A stretch of 63,659 bases of DNA, counting the filler, from Trichomonas gallinae (lineage: Eukaryota), in NCBI GenBank assembly GCA_008369845.1. It is 6 parts of 6 records of this genome, joined end to end, with 100 filler letters (N's around TTAATTAATTAA, not from the genome) between each part and the next. Parts side by side here need not be neighbours in the genome. Positions count along the whole stretch, not along the records: positions 1 to 14,762 come from MRSU01001411.1; positions 14,863 to 36,482 come from MRSU01001412.1; 4 more parts are not named here. One strand, given 5' to 3'. The notes under the pieces were generated by a model. It was given only the letters and a program-made list of their open reading frames with translations. It did not search any database and had not been told where the DNA came from. Positions 9,904 through 22,200 of this stretch are shown one piece after another. Every line of letters begins with the position of its first letter. The stretch's first letter is position 1. Both the position numbers and the translations under genes were made by a program.

Positions 9904-11109
9904 TTAAGCGCGTTTCTTGTTGAGAATTGTGAAATGATATCTGATGAAGAATAATATATAAGCAACAAACTCAACAGCGCAAATAGCTAAGAGCCAGAAA
10001 GATAAGTCACGGCCACTCTGAGGAGAACCTTCGTGAAACTCTTCTGGAACTAGCTTGAATATCTGGAAGATATACTTCCTCGCTTCATTCTCTATATCTA
10101 TGCACTGATTGGTTACATCTGATCTTATGGCTCTGAGCTGGTTTCCGGCCTCTACCCATATGTCTTTCATATCAGTTTTGGTTGTAAACATCGCGTTTGC
10201 GACATTCTCGAATCTCTGTGCCGCCTTGTCGAGAACTGGTCTGACTTTCGTGTCTATTAGATCCTTCAGGTCATCAGCTGATATTGTGTGGTTCGCTCTC
10301 TTCAACATCTCTTTGATTTCTGCGAGAGAATCCTTAAGTTTTGTGTGCGTTCCTGTTAAATAGTCATCGTTTGCCATGCCATCCTCTAAATATTCCGTAA
10401 CTATCTGCATCGTGGCCCTTCTAAGCATTTTCATCATTGAGCGCTTATTCGCTGTTGATCTCAAAGCTTTTCTGTTGCGATTGTCCAAACTTGGATCTAA
10501 ACTTCTTCTTTCCGATGATGGGATGTATGTGAAGCCATGAATGTCTGTCAAACACTGTATACATACAGGCGGTGATTGTGCAAAGATTGAGAAATATGTC
10601 TGATCGTAGTTATTGAAAACACTGATATTAAATATTTGAGAACCATCAAGAAAAACTAGAATTCTGTGGTGATCCTTTGTAATTTTAAGAGAGTGGCGAT
10701 TCGAATAGTTGAAATTATCGACAATTGAAGTTGTTGAAGGTAAAACTTCAATTCCTTCGATTTTTGTTGACAAAGATCCGTTTGTCTGCGGCGTAAGGGT
10801 AATATTCATGCCATTGAATTTAGAGAAAACGTCTGGGCAAAGATTTTTGCTTAATGTGAGGTAAAAAGTATCTTGTTTCATTGAAAAATCAATTTCACTC
10901 GTCCAATCATTAGCATTTGTTGGCAATCTTGAGCATAATCCGCCAAAAACTGAAGGTACAGTTGTTGTTAAGTGAATAGCTCTCTTTTGTGCCACGGCTT
11001 GGCCTCTAAGAGTCCAATTTCCTATTTCTCCCGGTCCAGTTCTTATGAATGGAACATTTAACTGATACTCATGATCAAGATCGGCAATAAATAAAATCGA
11101 AAGAAGCAT
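9904..11109 (-). CDS. L-type lectin cargo receptor, ERGIC-53/VIP36-like
   Basis: Hydrophobic N-terminus (ATG 11109), legume-lectin-like NWTLRG..IHLT..W..EIDF, coiled coil, TM helix, C-terminal KKRA (KKxx). Confidence 0.85.
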   Translation of the reverse strand: MLLSILFIADLDHEYQLNVPFIRTGPGEIGNWTLRGQAVAQKRAIHLTTTVPSVFGGLCSRLPTNANDWTSEIDFSMKQDTFYLTLSKNLCPDVFSKFNGMNITLTPQTNGSLSTKIEGIEVLPSTTSIVDNFNYSNRHSLKITKDHHRILVFLDGSQIFNISVFNNYDQTYFSIFAQSPPVCIQCLTDIHGFTYIPSSERRSLDPSLDNRNRKALRSTANKRSMMKMLRRATMQIVTEYLEDGMANDDYLTGTHTKLKDSLAEIKEMLKRANHTISADDLKDLIDTKVRPVLDKAAQRFENVANAMFTTKTDMKDIWVEAGNQLRAIRSDVTNQCIDIENEARKYIFQIFKLVPEEFHEGSPQSGRDLSFWLLAICAVEFVAYILFFIRYHFTILNKKRA

Positions 11110-11370
11110 TTTTAAATTTTTGACAAATAAATTTATTTTTGCCACGTAAATTGTTTATTTGGCAAATATTTTTTTTCAAATTCATTCTAGACAAAGTGGA
11201 CTGCAATATATGGTTGAAATATTAGCATATTCAGCAGTGACATCTAAGTACTACGCGATGATTAGGGGTATCATGAAAATCTTCTATTTTGATGTCAATA
11301 CAAAGTTCAATCATACTGATTATGGATAAAATCATTAACAATCAGATTTGAAAATTGTTTCAAAAAAAGA

Positions 11371-11502
11371 AATAACAAAACAGCTTTGTTTCTTGCTTCA
11401 TATAATGGTCATCATGAGGTTTTTAAACTTCTCCTTACAATTCCTGGAATAGATATCCTCTTAAAAAATTAAATCAATATAACAGCTTTAATTCTTGCTT
11501 CA
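11371..11502 (+). pseudogene. Ankyrin-repeat relic
   Basis: Translates NNKTALFLASYNGHHEVFKLLLTIPGIDILLKN*INITALILAS; no start codon, internal stop. Confidence 0.8.
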
Positions 11503-11872
11503 ATAATTTTCAAAGCCATTTTCAGAGTTGCAACACCTTAATGAATATATAGACCCTCTAGCATACAATAATTTTAAATTATTTATTATACAAAATTACT
11601 TATATGTTTATAAATCAATATCGAATTTTAATCAAAAATGTATAAGATTACATATTCATTCTATATCTGATCAGATATAGATTAGAATAATGAAATAATG
11701 ATATAAAATATATATGTATATGATCTAGTTTTCGGAATGAAATTTGATTTGGAATTTTAGGTCAGATAAAAGAGCGTAAAATCGCGAAAACAAACGAAAA
11801 TATGGAAGAACAAACATATGATGTGAGTTGTCCCAAAAATATTTAAAAGTGACATCAAAAAGTGCCAACAAA

Positions 11873-14053
11873 ATGAGTGAAGAGGATCCTGCACAACCAG
11901 TTTCCCCTGAAACTCAAGAGTCACCAGCACAAGAAGCACCAGAAAATCCGACAGAACAACCTGCTGAAGAGCAACAGCCACAAACTGAAGAAAACGAAAA
12001 TCAAATTGAAGAAAATCAGGAGGAGGTGCCTGAGTTGCCCACTCCTGATGTTAACATCGTAATTCCGGAAGTAAATCCTCAGCAAGAACAGCAACAAGAA
12101 AATATCGAAGAGCCGCCGCCAGAAACTCAAAAAGAGCAAGCGCAAGTCATCAAACTTCCACCAGAACCGACAGAAACAGGCAATGGAATCCCAATCGAAG
12201 ACAGAGCAATGTGGGTTTCGGATACATACGAACAATACCCAACAGCACTCGAATACAGAGAAAAGACACGTGAATGGATCGGAGCACACTCTCTCGGTCG
12301 CCTGAAACGTGTCAACTTCACGACAAGTACATCACAACTCGATCATTATCGAATTCTCAAACTTATTTTCCAGCATTTGCACTCAATTGGGCTTCACTCT
12401 GAGGCCGATACATTGCGCAAGGAAACAAAATTCGAATTTCAGCGCAAAGATCAAGATTGGGAAAGAACAGATCTTCGCCTTCTCGTTTCTATGTCTTTAG
12501 GTCCACGAGATAACCTTTGGGATGACACTGGATTCGACAACTACATCATGTACGATGAAAAATTCGATCATGATAATTATTCAGTCAGATACGAAGGACC
12601 TTTAACAGGCGGATGCGAGCCAGAATTCTACGAACAGGAAATGGAATTCAGCGATGAAACACATAACTCAGAAACATTAAAAACGACAACTTTGCATGCG
12701 CTTGTTTGCTCTTTACTTATTAACATGCCAGAGTTCGTCAAACCGGGCACATTAGAAAAAATGTTCTCAACACTCAACTCTATTTGCAAGAGTTCCCACT
12801 TTTTCGCACATTTGTTTTATTTATACAACGCATATCCACTTTATCACATTAAGGCCATCAATCTTATTGATGCTTGGGTCTCTTTCAGCGGTCTTTTCAT
12901 TGGCGCTAAGACTTTAAACGCAATTAGTTATTTCTTGAGGTGCCATAACTCAGATAAATGCAAGGAGCTCCTCGAAAAGATGAAGGACCTCAAGTATGGA
13001 CATCCTAAGGTGCCAAATGAGCCACCACCGGAAGTTCAGCCAGAAAAATTGATTTCAAACAGCGCAAATAACGAAAGCCCATTAGCACGCCTTCTTAATC
13101 CATATCTCGGCCTCGCTGAGCCAGTTCCCGAAGAAACTGCTCGTCAAATTTCATTATTAACGCATCAATTATTTGCATCTATCAATCCACGCGAATTTTA
13201 CACAGCAATTGCCAACAGAAGCTATGGACCACACACTCCTGGTCTCAATGAGCTCTATGAATTCGGAAAACAGCTCAAACATCGCGCGATGAGAACAATC
13301 ATCGGCGAAGGCGACGTAGAAGAGGCTAAAACCAACATGGCGATTGTTATTCAGATAGCAGGCAAGTTAGAAGAGCTCAACAACTTCGAAGCATTGACTT
13401 GGTTCGTTGATGCATTCGATACAAACATTATTTCTAATCTTTCTGGTATCTTTTCTTCCCTTCCAACAGAATTACAGGACATGATGGCGACACTCAAAGG
13501 AAAATACGATTATCGCTCCAAATCAGATGCATATGAACAAGCAGTCGCCAAATGCCTCGAAGAATCGAAGCCATGCGTTCCTTCACTTAGATATGAGATG
13601 TCTATCATCGCTGCATCTGCTTATGGCGGCCAAGAATTCATCAATGGAAAAATTAATTTCTCTAAAAGGATGACAATAGGCAAGCACGTCACGCGACTCG
13701 TCGAATTCCAGAGTACTCCGTATAACTACATGTGTATCTCACAGATTCAGAATGTTATTGTCAGAAAAATATCAACAACGAAAGAGCAGCTCATAGAACT
13801 CTCGACAAAGATAGAGTCGCCTGTTAAGGCAACACCAGAGGCAGTCAAGCCGCTCATCAGGAGGGTTTCCGAAATGTTTGAGCAAATTCCGAATGATAAA
13901 AGCAACGAAACAGCCGACCAGACAGATTCGCAGGTCGGCGGCAGTAGTGAGCACGTATCTGAGGAAGTACAAGACCAGAGCAACGATGTTAGCGGAGATG
14001 CAAACCAACCGGATATCAATGTTCCACCAGGTGATGTAGTACAAGAAGAGTAA
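11873..14053 (+). CDS. RasGEF (LisH-like, REM and CDC25 domains) with acidic N-terminus
   Basis: LIFQHLHSIGL (LisH-like), ETARQISL, LNNFEAL, PCVP, INFSK; ATG 11873 preceded by AAAGTGAC at 11846. Confidence 0.9.
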   Translation: MSEEDPAQPVSPETQESPAQEAPENPTEQPAEEQQPQTEENENQIEENQEEVPELPTPDVNIVIPEVNPQQEQQQENIEEPPPETQKEQAQVIKLPPEPTETGNGIPIEDRAMWVSDTYEQYPTALEYREKTREWIGAHSLGRLKRVNFTTSTSQLDHYRILKLIFQHLHSIGLHSEADTLRKETKFEFQRKDQDWERTDLRLLVSMSLGPRDNLWDDTGFDNYIMYDEKFDHDNYSVRYEGPLTGGCEPEFYEQEMEFSDETHNSETLKTTTLHALVCSLLINMPEFVKPGTLEKMFSTLNSICKSSHFFAHLFYLYNAYPLYHIKAINLIDAWVSFSGLFIGAKTLNAISYFLRCHNSDKCKELLEKMKDLKYGHPKVPNEPPPEVQPEKLISNSANNESPLARLLNPYLGLAEPVPEETARQISLLTHQLFASINPREFYTAIANRSYGPHTPGLNELYEFGKQLKHRAMRTIIGEGDVEEAKTNMAIVIQIAGKLEELNNFEALTWFVDAFDTNIISNLSGIFSSLPTELQDMMATLKGKYDYRSKSDAYEQAVAKCLEESKPCVPSLRYEMSIIAASAYGGQEFINGKINFSKRMTIGKHVTRLVEFQSTPYNYMCISQIQNVIVRKISTTKEQLIELSTKIESPVKATPEAVKPLIRRVSEMFEQIPNDKSNETADQTDSQVGGSSEHVSEEVQDQSNDVSGDANQPDINVPPGDVVQEE

Positions 14054-14762
14054 ATTTACGATTTTTATTTTTATTATAAATGATCAGTTTTTATATTTTC
14101 AAACCAACCATTTTTTATATTTATCATTAGAGTTATGCAATTTCCAAAGGAGCTGTAGCTGTGATGGATTCTTTTGGAAAGATAATTTTTTCTAGATTGA
14201 ATTGACGTGTACTGCTAATGCATTTAAAGATATTTCTTCATAAATCAGACAATTCTCATGTTGGAAGAAATAAGAGGAAGAAAAATAGAATAATTTCATA
14301 TGAAAATAACTTTGTTACTTCTGCATACATCATCATTCACCTTCATGCTCGTGTGTAACTTAATTGCATCAATAATGTCATTGATAATCTATTTGAAACA
14401 TTATTTATTCGTGTATTATTGTAATATACCAAGAAATTTCGATTGTACATGTTGGAAATATTATAATTATTTGCAAGAAGAATGTAAACTAAATATTTTG
14501 ATTTGGTTTCTATAGGAAATATATGATTTGATATTCAATAAGTCAATATATTGTGCAAATCATATTTGCATCATTATATTCATTAATGCGGCATTATGTA
14601 AATTGATTAATCACATTATCATTTAATGAAACGCAAAATAATTTTCAATATATATTGAATTCACATTATAATTAAGATATATTAAGAGGTGTACCAATGA
14701 CGATAGAAATGTATTTTTGCTCCAAACTTTGCCAGTATATTATATGCATTAATATAATGATA

Positions 14763-14862
14763 NNNNNNNNNNNNNNNNNNNNNNNNNNNNNNNNNNNNNN
14801 NNNNNNTTAATTAATTAANNNNNNNNNNNNNNNNNNNNNNNNNNNNNNNNNNNNNNNNNNNN
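14763..14862. other. Artificial contig-join spacer
   Basis: 44 N + TTAATTAATTAA (stops in all six frames) + 44 N. Confidence 0.98.
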
Positions 14863-15024
14863 GCTGGCTGGGGTGGCTGCACAGTCTTCATCCTCAAGCC
14901 AGAGGACTGCCCATGCAAGTTCATCGAGGCCGTCAAGAAGGACTACTACGAGCCACGCGGCATCAAGGAACCAATCATCTTCGCTACAAATGCTGGTGAG
15001 GGTGCTTCTGCTTTCAAGTTCTAA
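14863..15024 (+). CDS. Galactokinase/GalNAc kinase (GHMP family), 3' fragment truncated by the gap
   Basis: Not in the ORF track; reads AGWGGCTVFILKPEDCPCKFIEAVKKDYYEPRGIKEPIIFATNAGEGASAFKF*; GAGWGGC is GHMP motif III; strong codon bias. Confidence 0.88.
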   Translation, partial: AGWGGCTVFILKPEDCPCKFIEAVKKDYYEPRGIKEPIIFATNAGEGASAFKF

Positions 15025-15105
15025 CTCTTTAGTTAAACATTCCTTATTTTCATGAGCATATCGCAAACAAATCAGCATTTTTTTTTTTCTAATCAAATTC
15101 GGCTA

Positions 15106-15232
15106 TTTGGTTATATTGAAGTTGTCAAACTCTTTTTCCCAGTTTCTAGAATAGTTGTCAACGCAAAAGAGTTTGGCTTCAGCAGATGATTGTCTTGAAG
15201 TAGTCAAGATCCTCCTCACAGTTACAGGAATT
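15106..15232 (+). pseudogene. Ankyrin-repeat relic
   Basis: FGYIEVVKLFFPVSRIVVNAKE, then after a deletion/frameshift LASADDCLEVVKILLTVTGI. Confidence 0.75.
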
Positions 15233-15295
15233 ACATGAGAATTTTTCACGTATATGCATTTGATATATAATATTTTTATAATAAACAAACAAATA

Positions 15296-17869
15296 TCAGT
15301 TAAATTTGCGTCTGTTGCACATGCGGAGAATTTCATCGAGCGAAACAATGTCGCAGTTTGTTATTGTTTTGTCTAGCTCGCATTGAGTCAGTACATCTTT
15401 GTTTATAGCTTCCAACGCACAGAACTTCATCTTGTCAAACAGTTGCGCACTGTATAACACGTGACAAGCAGCATGATATTCATTGTAGTTGACCAAAATT
15501 GATGCTGCTTCAACATTCATGCCTTTGTTTGCTCTCTGGAATGCATACATGCAGGCTGCCTTCTTTGCAATATCAACAAAGTTGTTCTCGTTTGCGTATG
15601 ATGCGGATAGTTCGTATTGTTTCATCTGCATTAAACTCAGAGCTGCTTTTTCTTTGTCGCCGACAAAATGCTGCATCACGGCTGCATTAATGAACCTGCT
15701 GGATTTGGACCAGATGTCTGAAACCGCGTTTATTTGATCAATTTGGTCTTGGGAAATTGAAATATCTTTCAATGACATAAAAATTCCTCTGTAGAGCTTG
15801 GATGTAGACTCACGGCTCATCATTGGTGTTGGAACTTGTTTAAGACCAAAGAAATAGCGAATTTCGCTCACATCATCAGGAGTTTGATCGCATTTTTCTA
15901 AAATTGATGCACCAACAATTAATGATTGTTTGGTTTGATTCAGATTGGAGAAAGGAGTCTTTAACCATCTGTGTTTTACTTCATTCTCGATTCTAATTTT
16001 ATCTGATGATTTTTCTGCAATTGAAGTCTGTTTAACAGCGAAGGATTTCGTTATGTAGTTGATTGTGTTGCCGTCAAAGCTAATGATCGTCGAATCTGGA
16101 TCAGGAATATTAAAAACTTCTTGTAAACTATCGGTAATCAATGAATAAACAACGACAGCTGATGATGTTGTGATGCAAACAGACTTTGTCTTATAGTTAT
16201 AACAAGCAGAAGAATGATATGGAAGATATGTGAATCGATATGTCTTATTTTGAGAAATAAGTGAGCCATTCTTCTTAACTATGATGAGTTGGTTGTCAAA
16301 TTCGATCGTTGAGGAAGCATCTGTGATGTCTGTGTAAATTGTTGATAAAATTACGTAATTTTGATCGACAATCAATGTTTTCTTACCTTTCAGTCCAATT
16401 GTTAGCACAAATAACGACTCTTCCATTTCAGTGATCATGTAATCAACTAAATCTTCGTAAAAATAAAGATAAGTTTGTTTATCTTCTTTTGTGTTCATTA
16501 CAAAGATTCTATGTTCGCCAATTCTAACAGCAATGAATGGTCCTGATGTTTTCATGTCTTTAAAATGAATCAATTTCGAAGAATCAATGAATGAACTCGA
16601 AAGTATCTGTTTTTGAACGATAATTGGACTTATTGACATCTTCATCAGCTGGTTTTCGGTAACATAATATATAGATTTCTTGTCTGGATAGGAAATTCCG
16701 ATTATTTTCTCATCTTGATTCAAAATATTTTTAATATTGCCGTTATCAGCAATGCAGAGCTGTGCCATATCATTAGTGAAGGCAAAATTGTTGTCTACAG
16801 TCGAAATCAGCTTAATATTGTTAGCGATTGGAATTAAAATGTTTTCTTTGATTGTTATTTCATTATTTATGATGTTTAAATGCAGAATCCTATGCTTATC
16901 TGAAATATAGTAAAATCCATCTTCTGATGAACAAATAGTGTCAACAACTTCGCTTGATTTCGTCATAAATTTATATGGATTCGGCATAACTTTGTATGCG
17001 CCTGTTACGAAGCAGAAATCCCAGTGTATGAGTGTTCTATGATTCGTGAGTATGAAGAATTTGAAAGGATATTCAGGAATTGAGTAAATTTTCTTAAATG
17101 AAGAATAATTGCCTGTTAAAGTAATTACTGAGCAAATTTTGAACTTTAAGATATGGTAGAAGCATAATACGTGCTCAGTCATGAAAATAATGAAGTCTGA
17201 GAAAGAATCGCCAATATCTATGATTTTCTCGCTTTCTATTTCAATATTCATGTCTCTGATTAATCTAAACTTGTTGGAATTCGATGACCGCTGGTAATAA
17301 TGGAGAGAACCATCTTCTAATAGAACAAAAATCGAATTTGGTGAATTTTTCGGAATAAGCAACTGTTTTATAGGCTGATCGAATTTGCACGTCCAGTCTA
17401 TGCCAATCGTGATTTGATTAAGAAGATTTATATTTAAAACGCAATGTTGCAAAGTGTTGCTGCTTGTAGCCGTAAACATTGAGTTCTGTTGTATCATGTC
17501 CCATAATAGAATATTTACGCCGGTAATGAATGTTTTTAGAATCGTATTTGGTAAAATTCGAATTATCGTAAGAATTTCGTTAGAATAAGCTGCGAGATAT
17601 AGTGATTCTGAATAATCTATATCATTAAAGCGCAAATTTGGTGCAATTTTCTCCGGAAGTTCAACAGAAAAATCGATTTGATATGAATTTTCTTGTTTTT
17701 TATATATGATAAGGAAATTGTCAACGCAAACAGCGACATGTGACGAACAGCAAGCCAATGAATATGTTTTAGGTGATTCTTCCTTTACAGGGAAGAATAA
17801 AGTCATGGCTTTTTCTAGTTTTGACGACAAAATTTTGTCAGATCCATTTGTTTTGTTGTTTGTATCCAT
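15296..17869 (-). CDS. Divergent beta-propeller (WD40-like) protein with helical C-terminus, possibly WDR11-like
   Basis: 857-aa ORF with a beta-strand-rich body and Ala-rich helical C-terminal repeats; family assignment tentative. Confidence 0.65.
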   Translation of the reverse strand: MDTNNKTNGSDKILSSKLEKAMTLFFPVKEESPKTYSLACCSSHVAVCVDNFLIIYKKQENSYQIDFSVELPEKIAPNLRFNDIDYSESLYLAAYSNEILTIIRILPNTILKTFITGVNILLWDMIQQNSMFTATSSNTLQHCVLNINLLNQITIGIDWTCKFDQPIKQLLIPKNSPNSIFVLLEDGSLHYYQRSSNSNKFRLIRDMNIEIESEKIIDIGDSFSDFIIFMTEHVLCFYHILKFKICSVITLTGNYSSFKKIYSIPEYPFKFFILTNHRTLIHWDFCFVTGAYKVMPNPYKFMTKSSEVVDTICSSEDGFYYISDKHRILHLNIINNEITIKENILIPIANNIKLISTVDNNFAFTNDMAQLCIADNGNIKNILNQDEKIIGISYPDKKSIYYVTENQLMKMSISPIIVQKQILSSSFIDSSKLIHFKDMKTSGPFIAVRIGEHRIFVMNTKEDKQTYLYFYEDLVDYMITEMEESLFVLTIGLKGKKTLIVDQNYVILSTIYTDITDASSTIEFDNQLIIVKKNGSLISQNKTYRFTYLPYHSSACYNYKTKSVCITTSSAVVVYSLITDSLQEVFNIPDPDSTIISFDGNTINYITKSFAVKQTSIAEKSSDKIRIENEVKHRWLKTPFSNLNQTKQSLIVGASILEKCDQTPDDVSEIRYFFGLKQVPTPMMSRESTSKLYRGIFMSLKDISISQDQIDQINAVSDIWSKSSRFINAAVMQHFVGDKEKAALSLMQMKQYELSASYANENNFVDIAKKAACMYAFQRANKGMNVEAASILVNYNEYHAACHVLYSAQLFDKMKFCALEAINKDVLTQCELDKTITNCDIVSLDEILRMCNRRKFN

Positions 17870-19200
17870 TATTTCATGTTTTCGATTAAAAAATAAAAAT
17901 TTTTGTCGTTTAAGAATTTTATTTTAGATTTAAAATATACATATTATATACTATCTAAACATCAAGTTTTTAACATTTGTCAGCAAATTTGATAAATTAA
18001 GTTTCATGTGTTACTGATTCGCAATTCATATCTATATTGTATAGATTATAATCTTTGTATTTACACAGCAGTTGCTCAACAGTTTTAAATTTTTTTGATT
18101 TCTTGAAATATAAAACTAATTTAAACACTGTGTATTCATAGATTAAATTATTTACAATATATATCAATATAATATCGATAAACAGTCTCATTCATATCTT
18201 TTATATTTTTGATAAAATAAAATCCAGGTTTTGATTAATTTTACTACTCAATATACTGATTTTAGGCTTATGTAAATCGAACTAAATCAATGAATTGAGA
18301 AATACACATTAAAATTTCCGCTCAGCGAATACATAAACCTCAAATATCATAGTTAAGTCTTGTTATTGTTACACAATAGGCACACTATTGAGGTATATTA
18401 TTACTCTATATAGAGCGATTATATGATCCTTTTATTTTATGTTTATTGAATTCATATCTTTTGAACAAATTAAATATAAACGTGCTTAATGCCACCATTA
18501 GGTATTAATGTACAAATGGTATGCTAACATCATGGAAAAGCTGCTATTTTGCCATTAAACAATAAATTTATTGAATTTGTTCAGGTGATGTGATTAAAAT
18601 TTATCTATCATTATCATCTTCTCATATATATATTTATATCCAACACAATCCCAAATCATTGCTGCAAATTCACAAATTAAAACACTAATTCAACCAATTT
18701 TCTACTGATATACATATATCAACACTTATAAAATATATCAAGAAAATAGATTATTCCATATATAAACAGTGAATAATTCTAAATACCAGTTTCAGACCAG
18801 AATCCTAATTTTATTTCTAAAATTATATTGCACAATATCATACTTAGACTGAAGAAATGTAAAACTCAAAAATAAAGCTAATAAATAATTTACATTACAA
18901 GTTCCATAATATTATTTTTGAGCAATTTTTTAATCATATATCATAATAAAATTGGAATAATCTAGACATATTTAAAAAATAATATATTTGTATGAATATA
19001 TAATAATAGTAATAGATAAATAGCTCTATAAGCAATTATTTGATTTGCAATAAAATATTATAAATCGAAAAACTAGTAGTATGCTACTACAAAGGCCGAA
19101 CAAAGCAATTTTGCGAGTGAATACTAGTTTCTATTATAACCAAACTAATTCAACATTGAAATCCGATAGAAAAAAAATGTAAATTTGTCACTTTTGCAAA

Positions 19201-22200
19201 ATGAAAGAATTCAATTTTCTTGATTTTTACAAACTTCTGCCTCAGCCGGACACGCTTACAGAAGACGACTGCGCGCTTTTCTGGAACGAGTTTAAGTCGT
19301 ATTTCATCGAATTACTGGAAAAGAAGCAGTTTCAAAGTCTAATTGATCTTTTCGCGATGACGAGGACGCCACTGAAGTTTTTTAGCAAGAAAATTGATAC
19401 AGAGCTGCAAAAGGAGATACTTTTGCGACTCTACAACATTATTACAGAAATTCCTATAATTTCGTACGGATTAGTGATAGAAGCAGCCGATTTCATGGCT
19501 CATTTCCTATCCTGCAAGCCAGTGAAAGAGCTGCAGGTCGACTGGAAGCCTCTATACAAGATATATAGATACATTACACTGAAATCGCCATCTTCTTATG
19601 TTGTAGATTCGGACGAATTGTCGCAAAATCTATTCAAGATAATGGGCGCTTTGAATAATTGCTACCCAAAGGGCTCTCTAGACGAAATTTTCAACAAATT
19701 TTTACCAAAAATTTCACCTCATGCTGTAGATTCTACTGTTTACTTAACGATGATCAGCAAACTTTTACCAGACAACGACAAATCATTTCACAAATGGCTT
19801 CCAAACCTACGAGATTTATTAATTGATTATGGAACATTGATACAATTGGTTCCTTTAGTCAGCATTTTTAACAGCATTATCTCTAACAACATAGAATACG
19901 ATTTCAGCGATTTTCTTATCCCAATTGTTGTTCAAATTTGCGGAATGTTATTAACAGAGGCTGGTCCTCAGCATTTGACGTACGAATTCTCGACAGTACA
20001 GCTATCGCTGAGCAACCATACTGAAACAATTCCTAGGCTTCTCGCTGAAGCTATCGTAAATTTGATGGCATCTTTACCAACGCGTGAGAAAGCCATAGAA
20101 AAGATGGCATCGATTATGACTTCGACGCAAATCATAACCAAAGACACCAGCAGCATGGATGATAAGTTCACGGCTTTCGTTTATCAAGTTTTAAATTCAT
20201 TGCATAGAACGCAAAATAAGATAGAGAAGGGGGACTACCCTGAATCAATGAAGCTAACCACCAAACAATTACAAGCCATTCTTACGCCAATCGTCGATAC
20301 TTTAATTTGCTTGCTTAAATCTTTAGATGCGACTAGAGCCGTTGCTACAATAATGTCTATAAGACTTATCATGGATATGGATAAATCATATACGCCGAGA
20401 TTTTTCGAATTCGCAGACTTATGTATTTCTCATTCGGATGCTCAAGCGATAGGCTATATTGGCTGGAATATTATGTCTGCTGTAATGGCAGACATTACGA
20501 AATACGACTTCTTAATGGAAAATATGGGAAGAATTTTCGAAATTGCTATATCAAATTTCTTTAGAACGGACACGCAAAGACCTCTCACTCACACATTATA
20601 CGTTATAACGTCATTAATACCTTTCAATCACGAATATTGCAATCCAGCAGTTAAATACGTTGATTTTACTTCAATTACAGAGCGATTTATTACATCGTAT
20701 CTCGATATCATATCAAGACTCCCAGCATTGCCTGGAAAACAAGCTCCAATCGATGTAAATTTCTGCGATTTAATTCGGTCTATTTTCGATAACATTTTTT
20801 CGGATGGAGAACCTGATATTTTCAGAGTTCTAAGGCCGATAATTTTAGCCTCGCTACAAGATACAGTCTACTGCCACGTTATGAAACTAATAACTTCTTT
20901 AGTCGTCAAATTCTACGAATCAGCGCCAGCACACATATACGAAGAGGCCATGGAATCCCTAAAGAATGGATTGAGAACACATCATGAGGTTGATGCCCTT
21001 TGTTATGAATTGCATTTATTTGGATTATTGAGCTGTATCGACTCGAAATGCATCGATGATGTCAAAAAGATAGCAGCAATAATCAAACCGTTCACAAATC
21101 ATCCGCACAAGAAAGTTAGAAAGACAGCTTACAAAGCATTGAGCTTTGCAATCACTCCTTGGGCTTGCACACCAATTACATCTAAAATTGATGACAAGAA
21201 AGGTGGATTTAAGCCGATTAACGAGTTCAAAGTCGAAGCGAAACCAAAATTTGATATTAGCGAAGTCGCTCTCGACGTTTTTGGGCCTTTATTCGACATC
21301 CTTTTGAATGAGAAAGATGTAACAAAGGTTATTACAGCAATAAGACCAGCTTTATACGCACTTCAAGGAATATGTGATTTTATTTTCGACGTAACAGAAG
21401 GAGATTTAACGAAATTACAGATTGCTCAGCGTATTTCTTACTTTAACAATCCAGTTTACACGAAATCGAGCACAATCAAAGATAAATTTTTGCAAATCTT
21501 CATTAGATTGATTAAAGACTTCCAAGACAACCCGCTTTTAATGAGGAAACTCATCCCAAGGGCATCAACATTCTTCGTTCCAATGATTTCTATTAATTAT
21601 GAAATGACAGATACAATGGATCAGCTGAGCTCTCAATTTTGGCCGGTTGAAAGGGAAAAGAACCTTGCTGTGAAGTCAATTGTTGCTCCAATTATCAAAA
21701 ATATTCAATATAGAAGGATAACATCTCATATTGTTCCAGCAAGCAAATTAATCAAAGAATTCATGAGTGCTTTCATTCCTCTCGCTACAAGCAGATATAA
21801 GCCGATCAGAAACACAGCAAAAACAACTTTTGAATTTATTGGAGATTTTTACAACCCTGTTTTGTCTGAATATGTTTTTAACATTGTTGACCATGCAAAC
21901 AACATTCCAACAGATGAATTTATTGATTTCATTACAATTCCAATTATTTTCAATATAATCAACGCAGAACCTAAAGTTCTCTGCAAAGTAATATACAGAG
22001 TTTTGTCTAAGTTCGATATCAAAGACCAAGAGTCAATTTTGAACTTTAAACAATTTATGACAACAAATTGCATTCGTGCGCCAAGTTACGACAATTTCGA
22101 CAACACAGCTTTACAAGACTTACTGTCAAAGATCCAAAGCTTACTGATAAACGCTCACAGTCAACATAAAGTTTATCATCACATTATTCTTCTCGTTTTA

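Noticed and set aside
14807..14818. TTAATTAATTAA repeated five times as a biological repeat
   Set aside because: Always centred in 44+44 N; an assembly linker
18490..18590. Possible fourth ankyrin-like relic (GINVQ..GKAA..EFVQ)
   Set aside because: Too degenerate to support
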